A stretch of DNA of 64,000 bases from Candidatus Parcubacteria bacterium (GTDB taxonomy: Bacteria > Patescibacteriota > Minisyncoccia > Phycocordibacterales > JAACPR01), in the NCBI GenBank assembly GCA_009995365.1, contig JAACPR010000001.1:30680-94679 (forward strand), read 5' to 3'. Shown in pieces: positions 31,722 through 41,067 of the stretch. Numbering within the stretch: the stretch's first letter is position 1; every line of letters begins with the position of its first letter. The position numbers were made by a program, and so were the translations under genes. The notes under the pieces were generated by a model. That model was not told where the DNA came from, did not search any database, and saw nothing but the letters and a program-made list of their open reading frames with translations.

Positions 31722-31761
31722 GCTTTTTTTATATTTAAAAACCTGCTAAGATTTAGCTATT

Positions 31762-32313
31762 ATGGACTCAAACAAAAAATCGGGAATTTTAAAGTGGGCG
31801 CTTATTTTAAGTATTGTTATTGTTATTAATCTATTTTTTAATGTTGCACTGAGTTATATTTATAATTCTCCTGACTACTCTGATTTCTGCCCCGTAGAAA
31901 GAATTAATAAGGTTATTCAAAACGAACAAGAGTGTTTAAATAAAGGCGGTTCATGGTCTGAATACACAAAACCTAGAGAATTAAGTGCGCCAGACCAAGA
32001 TTTGGAAAAAATTTCAGGTTTTTGTGATCAAGAATTTGAATGTCGTATGGCTTATCAAAGCGCTATAGAAAATTACGATAGAAATGTCTTCATTTCTTTA
32101 ATTGCTTTGGGTGTGATAACTTTTGTCGTTTCTCTGATTCTAAAATCAAACATTGTAGTTTCAACTGCATTATCATTAGCAGCCGTTTTGAACTTTGTAA
32201 TTGCATCGATTAGATATTGGTCATCAGCACATGAACTTATCAAATTAATAATTCTCGCTATTGCCCTCGTCGCTCTCATTTATATCGCTTACAAAAAATT
32301 CAGCGATCAGTAA
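31762..32313 (+). CDS. Membrane protein (4 TM, Cys-containing extracytoplasmic loop)
   Basis: One N-terminal and three C-terminal hydrophobic helices; 4 Cys in the loop. Confidence 0.75.
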   Translation: MDSNKKSGILKWALILSIVIVINLFFNVALSYIYNSPDYSDFCPVERINKVIQNEQECLNKGGSWSEYTKPRELSAPDQDLEKISGFCDQEFECRMAYQSAIENYDRNVFISLIALGVITFVVSLILKSNIVVSTALSLAAVLNFVIASIRYWSSAHELIKLIILAIALVALIYIAYKKFSDQ

Positions 32314-32363
32314 TTAAAACAAATTAAATTAATTAAAAAACTTCTAAAGAACTTAAAACAAAA

Positions 32364-35225
32364 ATGCAAGAAAACAACAAAGAATACAATCATAAGAATA
32401 TAGAGCAGAAGTGGCAAAAAGCGTGGCAAGAAAATAAAACATTCAAAACTCCTGATTCGATTGAAGGGAAAGATAATTTCTACACTCTTGTAGAGTTTCC
32501 TTATCCGTCTGGCGATTTACATGTTGGTCATTGGTATGCTTTTGCTGTAACTGATATTTATGCAAAATACCAGAGGTTAATGGGCAAGAATGTTCTTTTT
32601 CCAATTGGTTTTGACGCTTTTGGTTTGCCGGCCGAGAATGCTGCCATAAAAAACAAAGTAAATCCGGATGATTGGACTAGGCAAAATATTGAATCAATGA
32701 AAAAGCAAATGGTCGCTATGGGAAATTCGTTTGATTGGGATAGAATGATTGCTACGACCGATCCGCGATATTACAAATGGACTCAGTGGATTTTTACCCA
32801 AATGTTCGAGCGAGGACTTGCTTATAAAAAGAAAGCGACGGTTAATTGGGATCCAGTTGATAAAACTGTTTTAGCTAATGAACAAGTCATGCCTGACGGA
32901 ACTGCCGAGCGCTCTGGTGCAGTAGTTGAAAAGAAAGAAATCGACCAGTGGTTTCTAAAAATTACTGATTATGCCGAGCGACTTTATGATGATTTAGATG
33001 AGCTTGATTGGCCTAGTCAGATTAAGGATCAGCAGAAAAATTGGATTGGCAAGTCCTATGGTGCAGAATTAAATTTTGATATAAAAGATTCTGCCGACAA
33101 TTCTTTTGAAGAGAAAATAAAAGTTTTTACAACTCGACCTGACACACTATTCGGAGCGACTTATGTTGTATTGGCTCCTGAAAATGAATTAATCAATACA
33201 CTTTCAGATAAAATTTCTAATATAAACGAAGTCAAAAAATACATCGAAACAGCTCGAGCAAAGACTGAAATTGAAAGGACAAAAATAGAAAAAGAAAAAA
33301 CCGGTATTAAATTAGATGGCGTTTCTGCAATTAATCCGGCAACCAAAGAAGAAATTCCGATTTTCGTTGCTGACTATGTTCTAGGTGGATACGGAACAGG
33401 CTCTGTGATGGCAGTTCCTGCACATGATGAGCGTGATTATGCTTTTGCTAAAAAGTTTGATTTACCAATTAAATATGTAATCGAGCCTATTACTGGAGAA
33501 CCACAAGAAGATGAAGAGAAAAGACAAAGCATTGTAGCCCTAGTTGAAAACCCAGAAAATGGGGAAATTTTAAGTATTAATTGGGGTGAAAAATTAGGAG
33601 GAAACTTATTAATTGGAGGCGGATTAAAAGAAGGAGAAGATCCTATAGAATGTGCAAAAAGAGAAATTATTGAAGAGACTGGTTATAAAAACTTTGAATA
33701 TATTGGCAAGACCGAGTTAATTCACCATCACTACAGAGCTCATTCTAAAAATGTAAATCGTGAGATCGATGCAATTGGTCTTTATTTTAGGTTAACTAAT
33801 TTAGAAAAAATTGAACAAAATCTAGAAGATGATGAGAAAGATAAATTTAAAGTTGAATTTATTTCAAAAGAAAAAGCAGAAAAAAATATCAAAGATCCAT
33901 TACATAATTATATCTTTAATAAATTTATTAATGAAAAAATTTATACTGATAATGGATTTTTAACTAATTCAGGGGAGTTCAACGGCTTAACTTCACAAGA
34001 AGCCAAAGAGAAAATTACAGAATTTGTTAGTGGGGAAATGAAAACAACTTTTAAATTGCGTGATTGGTCAGTAGGAAGACAGAGGTATTGGGGAACTCCT
34101 GTTCCAATCGTTTATGATCCAGAAGGAAAACCACATCCAATTCCAAAAGAGAATTTACCATGGACACTACCGGCGGATGTTGATTATACTCCAACAGGTG
34201 AACCACCGTTAGCTAAATCAAAAGAATTAAAAGAAAGAACAGAAGAAATATTTGGAAAAGGGTGGACTCCAGAGGTAGAGACTCTTGATACTTTTATCGA
34301 TTCTTCTTGGTATTTCTTGAGATATATTGATTCAAATAATTCAGACACTATTGCCGACAAGGATAAACTATCACAATGGATACCAGTTGATTTTTATTCC
34401 GGCGGAGCAGAGCATACAACTCTCCACTTGTTGTATTCTAGGTTCTTTCACAAATTTCTATCAGACATAGGTATCGTCGACACAAAGGAACCATATAAAA
34501 ATAGATTGAACCGCGGTCTTATTTCAGGGACTGACGGAAATAAAATGTCAAAATCAAAAGGTAATGTTATTAACCCCGATGAAATTGTAGAGCGTCTTGG
34601 TTCTGATACTGTTCGTCTTTACCTTGCTTTTATTGGTCCATACAACGAGCCAGGTTCATATCCATGGGATCCTAATGGTGTTGTGGGTGTTCGTCGTTTT
34701 CTAGAGAAAATATGGCGTCTTGCACAAAACAGGGTTATAGAAAATCCATCAGAAAAATCTTCTGATAAAACTATACTTGAAATTAATAAGCTTATTAAAA
34801 AAGCGCACGAAGATTATCCTGAACTAAAATTTAACACCGTCGTTGCCTCTATGATGAGTTTTCTAAATGCTACAGAAAAAGAAGAAATTTCAAAAGAAGA
34901 TTTTATAAAGTTCTTGATTGTCTTATCTCCAGCAGCTCCTCATATCTCAGAAGAATTATTTAATATAATTTCAAACACCCAAGAAACCATTTTTGATCAA
35001 AAAATTCCTGACTTTGATGAAGCAATTTTGCAAAATCAAGAAAAAATTATTGGAATTCAAATCAATGGTAAAGTCCGTGCAGAAATCGCAGTCTCAGAAT
35101 CAGAATCAGAAGAAATTTTGAAAGAAAAAATCCTTGAAATGCCAGAGATAAAGAAGTGGACAGAAGATAAAGAAATCAGAAAATTCATCTATATTCCAGG
35201 CAGAATAATAAGTATTGTCTTATAA
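32364..35225 (+). CDS. leuS: Leucine-tRNA ligase with internal Nudix domain
   Basis: FPYPSGDLHVGH, FTTRPDT and VPAHDERD editing motifs, KMSKS; Nudix box at 33618-33686. Confidence 0.97.
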   Translation: MQENNKEYNHKNIEQKWQKAWQENKTFKTPDSIEGKDNFYTLVEFPYPSGDLHVGHWYAFAVTDIYAKYQRLMGKNVLFPIGFDAFGLPAENAAIKNKVNPDDWTRQNIESMKKQMVAMGNSFDWDRMIATTDPRYYKWTQWIFTQMFERGLAYKKKATVNWDPVDKTVLANEQVMPDGTAERSGAVVEKKEIDQWFLKITDYAERLYDDLDELDWPSQIKDQQKNWIGKSYGAELNFDIKDSADNSFEEKIKVFTTRPDTLFGATYVVLAPENELINTLSDKISNINEVKKYIETARAKTEIERTKIEKEKTGIKLDGVSAINPATKEEIPIFVADYVLGGYGTGSVMAVPAHDERDYAFAKKFDLPIKYVIEPITGEPQEDEEKRQSIVALVENPENGEILSINWGEKLGGNLLIGGGLKEGEDPIECAKREIIEETGYKNFEYIGKTELIHHHYRAHSKNVNREIDAIGLYFRLTNLEKIEQNLEDDEKDKFKVEFISKEKAEKNIKDPLHNYIFNKFINEKIYTDNGFLTNSGEFNGLTSQEAKEKITEFVSGEMKTTFKLRDWSVGRQRYWGTPVPIVYDPEGKPHPIPKENLPWTLPADVDYTPTGEPPLAKSKELKERTEEIFGKGWTPEVETLDTFIDSSWYFLRYIDSNNSDTIADKDKLSQWIPVDFYSGGAEHTTLHLLYSRFFHKFLSDIGIVDTKEPYKNRLNRGLISGTDGNKMSKSKGNVINPDEIVERLGSDTVRLYLAFIGPYNEPGSYPWDPNGVVGVRRFLEKIWRLAQNRVIENPSEKSSDKTILEINKLIKKAHEDYPELKFNTVVASMMSFLNATEKEEISKEDFIKFLIVLSPAAPHISEELFNIISNTQETIFDQKIPDFDEAILQNQEKIIGIQINGKVRAEIAVSESESEEILKEKILEMPEIKKWTEDKEIRKFIYIPGRIISIVL

Positions 35226-35234
35226 TATAAGTTG

Positions 35235-35274
35235 TGGTATTATAGTTGACAGCACTGCCATATAGTGATATCTT
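35235..35274 (+). promoter_or_regulatory. Promoter(s) of the sigma4-HTH gene
   Basis: TTGACA (35246)-17 nt-TATCTT (35269) with TG extension; upstream TGG-TATTAT. Confidence 0.65.
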
Positions 35275-35376
35275 AATACTTAGCATTATTGCAGGACACG
35301 CGCTACAGATATTCGAATTTAGAGATATTCGTTCTAATTTGAAATTATCAACAGAATAAATTAGTAATTTAAAATT

Positions 35377-36405
35377 ATGATTAAACTAAGTTTTAAACCA
35401 AAAGAAATAGTAAAAAAAATACTATCTGAATTGCCAGAGAGGTCGCGTGATGTTCTTGTCAAAAGATACGGACTTGGAAAAGAGACCGCTAAAATGACTT
35501 TAGAAGCTATAGGTAAAGAATACTCAATTACCAGAGAAAGAGTTCGTCAAATCGAAGAACATGGACTTAACCTTATTAGAAAATCAGAAGTATATAAAGA
35601 TAAAGAACCTGTTTTTGAAGAATTAAAGGGCGTGATTGATGATCTTGGCGTTATAATATCAGAAGAAGAACTATTGGATAATATTTCAAAAGCAGATGGT
35701 GTTAGAAATGCCATCCACTTCCTACTTGTCGTAGGAGACTTTTTCCTAAAACACAAAGAAGACGAGCATTTTACACACAGATGGTCTGTTGATAAAGATC
35801 TAGCTTTAACTGTAGAAGAATCTATTAAGAAACTTTATGAAAATCTTAATCATGAAGATATTATTTCAGAACCTGAATTAATAAAAAACTTTTTGTTTGA
35901 ATTAAAAGATGTTTCAGAAAAATACAAAAATGAAGAAATTATAAAAAGATGGTTAAAACTTTCAAAGAAAATTTCTAGTAATCCTCTTGGTGAATGGGGA
36001 AAATCAGAATCACCAAATATTAATGTAAAAGGAATTCGTGATTATGCCTTCTTGGTAATAAGAAGACACGGCTCTCCAATTCATTTCCGTGAAGTTGCCG
36101 AAGAAATTCAAAAACTTTTCAACAAAAAAGCACATGTTGCCACAACACATAATGAACTTATAAAAGATAGTCGTTTTGTTCTTGTTGGTCGTGGTTTGTA
36201 TGCTTTGACTGATTGGGGTTATTCAAATGGTGTTGTCAGAGACGTCATCAAGGAACTTTTAGTGAAAGAAGGGCCGCTAACTAGAGAAGAAATCATAGAA
36301 AAAGTTTTGAAAGAAAGACATGTAAAAGAAAATACAGTTCTTGTAAATTTACAAAACAGTAAACTTTTCCAAAAAACACCTGACAATAAATATACACTAG
36401 CTTAA
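35377..36405 (+). CDS. Sigma70 region-4 HTH fused to delta-subunit-like (HARE-HTH) winged helices
   Basis: RYGL...TLEAIGKEYSITRERVRQIE at the N-terminus; PIHFREVAEEI...NELIKDSRFVLVGRGLYALTDW near the C-terminus; no sigma region 2. Confidence 0.75.
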   Translation: MIKLSFKPKEIVKKILSELPERSRDVLVKRYGLGKETAKMTLEAIGKEYSITRERVRQIEEHGLNLIRKSEVYKDKEPVFEELKGVIDDLGVIISEEELLDNISKADGVRNAIHFLLVVGDFFLKHKEDEHFTHRWSVDKDLALTVEESIKKLYENLNHEDIISEPELIKNFLFELKDVSEKYKNEEIIKRWLKLSKKISSNPLGEWGKSESPNINVKGIRDYAFLVIRRHGSPIHFREVAEEIQKLFNKKAHVATTHNELIKDSRFVLVGRGLYALTDWGYSNGVVRDVIKELLVKEGPLTREEIIEKVLKERHVKENTVLVNLQNSKLFQKTPDNKYTLA

Positions 36406-36434
36406 CCAAGTTAAATATATTAAAATTATAGATA

Positions 36435-37652
36435 ATGGAAACAATTGATCTATCAAATTCTGTTATTGATTTTCTAGTATTGGCTTTGCCGATAGTAATA
36501 CCTATTTTTCTTGCCATATTATTATTTGATATATGGGTAAGTTTTGCCAGAGAAAGATTTCTATCTTCTCAGGAATATTCTCTCTTAAAAATAATGCCCC
36601 CAACTGATGTTTTAAAGACTCCTCTTGCTATGGAACTTTTTATAAATGGTCTTCATCAGACTTTCGGTGAGGCAACTTTAAAAGATGTGTATTGGAAAGG
36701 GTCGGTTAGGCCAACTTTTTCTCTAGAAATGACTTCAAACGAAGGTCATGTAAATTTTTATTTATGGACTAGAAAATCGATAGTTGGTTTTATTGAATCG
36801 CAAATTTATGCTCAGTATCCTGGAATAGAAATTATTGAAGCAGATGATTATGCTACGAAGTTTGAATTTGATGAATCAAAACACAAGATGTGGGCATTAG
36901 AATATAATTTTACAGAAGATAACTCTGTTCCAATAAAAACCTATGTTGATTATGGTTTAGATAAGCCAACCAAAGATGAGGAAATGGTTGATCCTATTAC
37001 TCCAATGCTTGAATTTCTTGGCTCAGCCAGAGAAGGAGAAAGAATATGGTTTCAAATCTTAATCAAAGCTCACAAAAAAGAAGATAAGAAACCTGGAACT
37101 TTATTTGGAAAAACTGACTTATGGGAAGAAAACCACAAGGCACAGATTAAAAAAATTCAAGAGCTTAACCAAGAAGAGGATTCTGAGGGTAACAAAAGAA
37201 CTTTGCCACCTAGCGAAATTCAAAAAGAGAGAATCCAAGCGATTGAACGCTCTCAAGGTAAACTAGCATTTGATGTTGGCATTAGATCAATTTATATTTC
37301 AGATAAAGATAGTTTTAACCCTGTCAATATTGGTGGATTGATAGGTGCTTTTAAGCAATACAGTTCTAAAAATCTTAATGGTTTTAAACCAGGTAATAAA
37401 ACAAAAATTGACCACTGGTGGCAAGATCCTTTTGGTAAGAATATAAAATTAATAGAAAAACAATTTCTAGATCATTATAGAGAAAGAGCTTATTTTTATA
37501 AAGAATTTATGGGTAAAAAAAGACCGGTTTTAGTAATGAACGCCGAAGAATTAGCGACAATTTATCACTTCCCAGGTTCTGTTGCGATGACTCCTAGTTT
37601 AGAAAGAGTTCAATCTAGAAAAAGCAACGCTCCGTCAGACTTACCAATATAG
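36435..37652 (+). CDS. Membrane-anchored conserved hypothetical protein
   Basis: N-terminal TM; FSLE, IYAQYP, PIKTY, MNAEELATIYHFP motifs, which I recall from the N-termini of CPR VirB4/TraG-like ATPases. Confidence 0.6.
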   Translation: METIDLSNSVIDFLVLALPIVIPIFLAILLFDIWVSFARERFLSSQEYSLLKIMPPTDVLKTPLAMELFINGLHQTFGEATLKDVYWKGSVRPTFSLEMTSNEGHVNFYLWTRKSIVGFIESQIYAQYPGIEIIEADDYATKFEFDESKHKMWALEYNFTEDNSVPIKTYVDYGLDKPTKDEEMVDPITPMLEFLGSAREGERIWFQILIKAHKKEDKKPGTLFGKTDLWEENHKAQIKKIQELNQEEDSEGNKRTLPPSEIQKERIQAIERSQGKLAFDVGIRSIYISDKDSFNPVNIGGLIGAFKQYSSKNLNGFKPGNKTKIDHWWQDPFGKNIKLIEKQFLDHYRERAYFYKEFMGKKRPVLVMNAEELATIYHFPGSVAMTPSLERVQSRKSNAPSDLPI

Positions 37653-37657
37653 AGTAT

Positions 37658-38635
37658 ATGTATAAAGAAAAAATAAAAGAACTGAATGATAATTACCTGA
37701 AAGAAAACAAACCTAACTTTATTATAATAATATTGATCGTAATTTTATTAGTTGGCTTAATAAATACAACACCACCGAATAATTTTGCTGATGGAAAAAT
37801 AATAACAATTGAAAAAGGTAGTACGATAAAAAATACAGCTGAACTTTTAGAAAAAGAAAATATCATTAGATCAAAATTACTTTTTAATATCATTATCACC
37901 ATGACAAATTCTAATGTTATTGAAGGAAAATATTTATTTCATAGTCAAGAAAATGTTTTCAAGGTGGCAGATAGAATTAAAAAAGGGAGTTATCAAATTC
38001 CTTCAAAAAGAATAACTTTTTTTGAAGGAGAAACTTCTTATCAGATGGCAGAAAAACTTAAAAAGAATTTTCCCAATTTTGATGTTGATACTTTTTATGA
38101 TTTAGCTTTAGTTAATGAGGGATATTTATTTCCCGATACTTATGATTTTAAAGCAACTATTTCTGCAGAAGAAGCAGTAAAAGAGATGATGGATAATTTT
38201 TCACAACAAATTTCTGAAATTTCTGAAAAAATAGAGAATTCTGACAGAACACTAAATGAAATAATAAAAATGGCATCGATAATCGAAGGGGAGGCAGATT
38301 CAACTAGTAGACAGGAGGTCGCCGATATTTTATGGAAAAGATTGGACGAAGGAATGCCACTTCAAGTAGATGCAACATTCGTTTATTCAATAGGTAAAAA
38401 TAGTTTCAATTTAACTTTGGCTGAACTTAGAGATGAAGAAAACCCTTATAATAGCTACGTATTCACGGGTCTGCCTCCAACTCCAATTAATAACCCAGGT
38501 ATCAAGGCGATAGAAGCCGCTGCTCAACAAAATGAAACTCCGTATCTATTTTTTCTGACCGGCCGTGATGGAAATATGTATTACGCTTCGACATTTGAAG
38601 CACATAAAAATAACAGATACTTGTATTTAGACTAA
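37658..38635 (+). CDS. mltG: Endolytic transglycosylase MltG
   Basis: EGYLFPDTY, MASIIEGE, LQVDAT, YNSY...GLPPTPINNPG. Confidence 0.95.
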   Translation: MYKEKIKELNDNYLKENKPNFIIIILIVILLVGLINTTPPNNFADGKIITIEKGSTIKNTAELLEKENIIRSKLLFNIIITMTNSNVIEGKYLFHSQENVFKVADRIKKGSYQIPSKRITFFEGETSYQMAEKLKKNFPNFDVDTFYDLALVNEGYLFPDTYDFKATISAEEAVKEMMDNFSQQISEISEKIENSDRTLNEIIKMASIIEGEADSTSRQEVADILWKRLDEGMPLQVDATFVYSIGKNSFNLTLAELRDEENPYNSYVFTGLPPTPINNPGIKAIEAAAQQNETPYLFFLTGRDGNMYYASTFEAHKNNRYLYLD

Positions 38636-38654
38636 TTAGTGTTATAAAAAATTA

Positions 38655-39704
38655 ATGAAAAAAGTATTTGTAGGAGTATCTGGTGGTGTCGATAGTTCTG
38701 TATCAGCAGCTTTACTAAAAGACCAAGGTTACGATGTAACGGGTGTTTTTATAAAAGTTTGGCAACCAGATTTTATAGAATGTAATTGGAAAGATGAAAT
38801 GCGTGACGCTATGCGTGTCTGCGCTAAATTAGAAATTCCTTTTTTGTTATGCGACTTAGAAAAAGAATACAAGGAAGGAGTCGTCAATTACATGATTGAT
38901 GAATACAAAGCAGGTAGAACTCCTAATCCTGATGTTATGTGCAACAAAGAAATAAAATTCAAAGCTTTTCTAAATTTTGCATTAGAGAAGGGTGCTGATT
39001 TTATTGCAACAGGACACTATGCACAAAAAAAAGAATTAGATGATTCATTTGGATTATTTGAATCTGGGGATAAAGAAAAAGACCAAACATATTTTATTTG
39101 GAATTTAAATCAAGAAATTTTAAAAAATGTTTTATTTCCAATAGGTCATCTAAAAAAAGAAGAAGTTAGAAAGATGGCAGAAAAGAAAAAACTACTAACT
39201 TCAAATAAAAAAGACAGCCAAGGTCTTTGCTTTATTGGTCATGTAGATATGAAAGATTTTTTGAAAAAATTTATAGACACTAAAAAAGGTAAAGTTTTAA
39301 ATGAAAAGGGAGATGTTATCGGTGAGCACGACGGGGCAGTTTTATATACAATTGGAGAAAGGCATCATTTCGAACTTTTCCAAAAAAATCCTAATCAAAA
39401 AAATTTATATGTGATTAGCAAAGACTTGGAAAATAACACAATCACTTTATCCGAGAAAAAAATAACCCAAGATTCCAAAAAAATTAAAATTGATAAAGTT
39501 AATCTAATTAGAGAAATAAGCGAGAAGGATGAAATTGAAGCCAGAATAAGGTATCGACAACCATTACAAGAAGGTAAGATAATAAAAATCAACAAAGAAT
39601 CAGTCGAAATAGAGTTTAAAGACCCACAAGAATCAATAACTAGTGGGCAATCGCTAGTTATTTACAAAAATAGTGAATGTTTAGGTGGCGGAGTTATAGT
39701 CTAA
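38655..39704 (+). CDS. mnmA: tRNA 2-thiouridylase
   Basis: SGGVDS, TPNPDVMCN, ATGHY, KDQTYF, DSQGLCF. Confidence 0.98.
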   Translation: MKKVFVGVSGGVDSSVSAALLKDQGYDVTGVFIKVWQPDFIECNWKDEMRDAMRVCAKLEIPFLLCDLEKEYKEGVVNYMIDEYKAGRTPNPDVMCNKEIKFKAFLNFALEKGADFIATGHYAQKKELDDSFGLFESGDKEKDQTYFIWNLNQEILKNVLFPIGHLKKEEVRKMAEKKKLLTSNKKDSQGLCFIGHVDMKDFLKKFIDTKKGKVLNEKGDVIGEHDGAVLYTIGERHHFELFQKNPNQKNLYVISKDLENNTITLSEKKITQDSKKIKIDKVNLIREISEKDEIEARIRYRQPLQEGKIIKINKESVEIEFKDPQESITSGQSLVIYKNSECLGGGVIV

Positions 39705-39721
39705 TGTTATAATACTTTCAT

Positions 39722-40198
39722 ATGAATAAAAAATTATGGGGAATTATAATATTTTTAATAGTTTTAACTTTTGCTTTTGTAATAACTTATAACAATAACA
39801 AGGTTGAAAAAATTGATGTCCAACTAGAAAGAGATCAAGCTAAAGAAGACCTAGTTGAGAGTCCTAAGACAACAATAAACGTAAAACACCAATACAATGA
39901 TGGTGTCCACGCGTATGTTGGATACTTCACAACACCTACTCCTTGTCATTTACACGAAGCGGATATTGTATATCCATCAGCTGAGGGAGAACCTTATCTT
40001 TTAGAGGTAACTTATGAAGCTAATCCTGATGAAATGTGTGCCCAAGTTATAACTGACAGAGAATTTGAAGTTTCTTTTGAAGCAGAAGAAAGCATTGATG
40101 TAATAGCGTCAATTAACGACGAAGTAGTCAATTTGAACATATTTGAGGTTCCTGCAAATCAATCATTAGAAGAATTTGAAATTCTTAATAAAGGATAA
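39722..40198 (+). CDS. Membrane-anchored/secreted hypothetical protein (PrcB C-terminal-like)
   Basis: N-terminal TM; TPTPCH...CAQVIT pattern. Confidence 0.6.
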   Translation: MNKKLWGIIIFLIVLTFAFVITYNNNKVEKIDVQLERDQAKEDLVESPKTTINVKHQYNDGVHAYVGYFTTPTPCHLHEADIVYPSAEGEPYLLEVTYEANPDEMCAQVITDREFEVSFEAEESIDVIASINDEVVNLNIFEVPANQSLEEFEILNKG

Positions 40199-40203
40199 TT
40201 AAA

Positions 40204-41043
40204 ATGACTGAAATAAGACTTGTATTAAAAGCTGATGGAACAACAGAACCTTTCGATAGTTCTAAATTAAAAAATTCTTTAACCAAATCAGATGCTTCTG
40301 ATGTTTTAGCTAATGAAATAACTGCAAAAATCGAGAAAAATCTTAAAAAGGTAACGTCCACAGATGAAATTTATAAGACAGCTTATAAACTTCTGAAAAA
40401 AACCAAGAATAAAACTGCGGCTAGATATTCAATGAAAAGAACTATTTTAGATATGGGGCCAACTGGTTTTCCGTTTGAAAAGTTTGTAGCAAAGATTTTT
40501 GCAGAAAAGAAATATAAAACCATGGTAGGTATAATGTTGGACGGCTTTTGCACTGATCACGAGATTGATGTAATAGCAGAAGATGAAGATGATTTATTAT
40601 TTTGTGAAGTTAAATTCCATAATGATTTAAAAACAAAAACAGATACCCGAGTTGCTCTTTATGTAAAAGCAAGATTTGATGATTTAAAAGAAAAAGAATA
40701 CGACTTGTTCGATAAAAGAATGAAGCCCACAAAAGGGATAGTTATAACTAACACTGGTTTTACAACTAGTGCAGAAAAGTATGCTAAATGTGTTGGTTTA
40801 GGAATGATTTCTTGGGATTATCCTAAAAAAGGTAACCTATACGACCTTATTGCTGAAACTAAATTACAACCAATTACTTCTTTGACTACGCTATCTAAAA
40901 ACGATAAGAAAAGATTAATAGAAGAGGGTATAATAGTCTGCAGAGATTTACTAAGCAATAAACAAATTTTATCTACTATTGGTTTAGGTAAAAATAAATC
41001 AAATAAAATTCTTACAGAAGCTAAAGAAGTTTGCTCATATTAG
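40204..41043 (+). CDS. ATP-cone domain fused to Mrr-like PD-(D/E)XK endonuclease
   Basis: VLKADGTTEPFDSSKLKNSL ATP cone; GFPFEKFV, HEIDVIA...CEVK, ITNTGFT. Confidence 0.85.
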   Translation: MTEIRLVLKADGTTEPFDSSKLKNSLTKSDASDVLANEITAKIEKNLKKVTSTDEIYKTAYKLLKKTKNKTAARYSMKRTILDMGPTGFPFEKFVAKIFAEKKYKTMVGIMLDGFCTDHEIDVIAEDEDDLLFCEVKFHNDLKTKTDTRVALYVKARFDDLKEKEYDLFDKRMKPTKGIVITNTGFTTSAEKYAKCVGLGMISWDYPKKGNLYDLIAETKLQPITSLTTLSKNDKKRLIEEGIIVCRDLLSNKQILSTIGLGKNKSNKILTEAKEVCSY

Positions 41044-41067
41044 AAGTATAAAGTAATATTTTATATC

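Noticed and set aside
33490-33938. Intein or intron in leuS
   Set aside because: No C/S...HN splice junctions or LAGLIDADG motif; the frame is continuous and carries a Nudix box.
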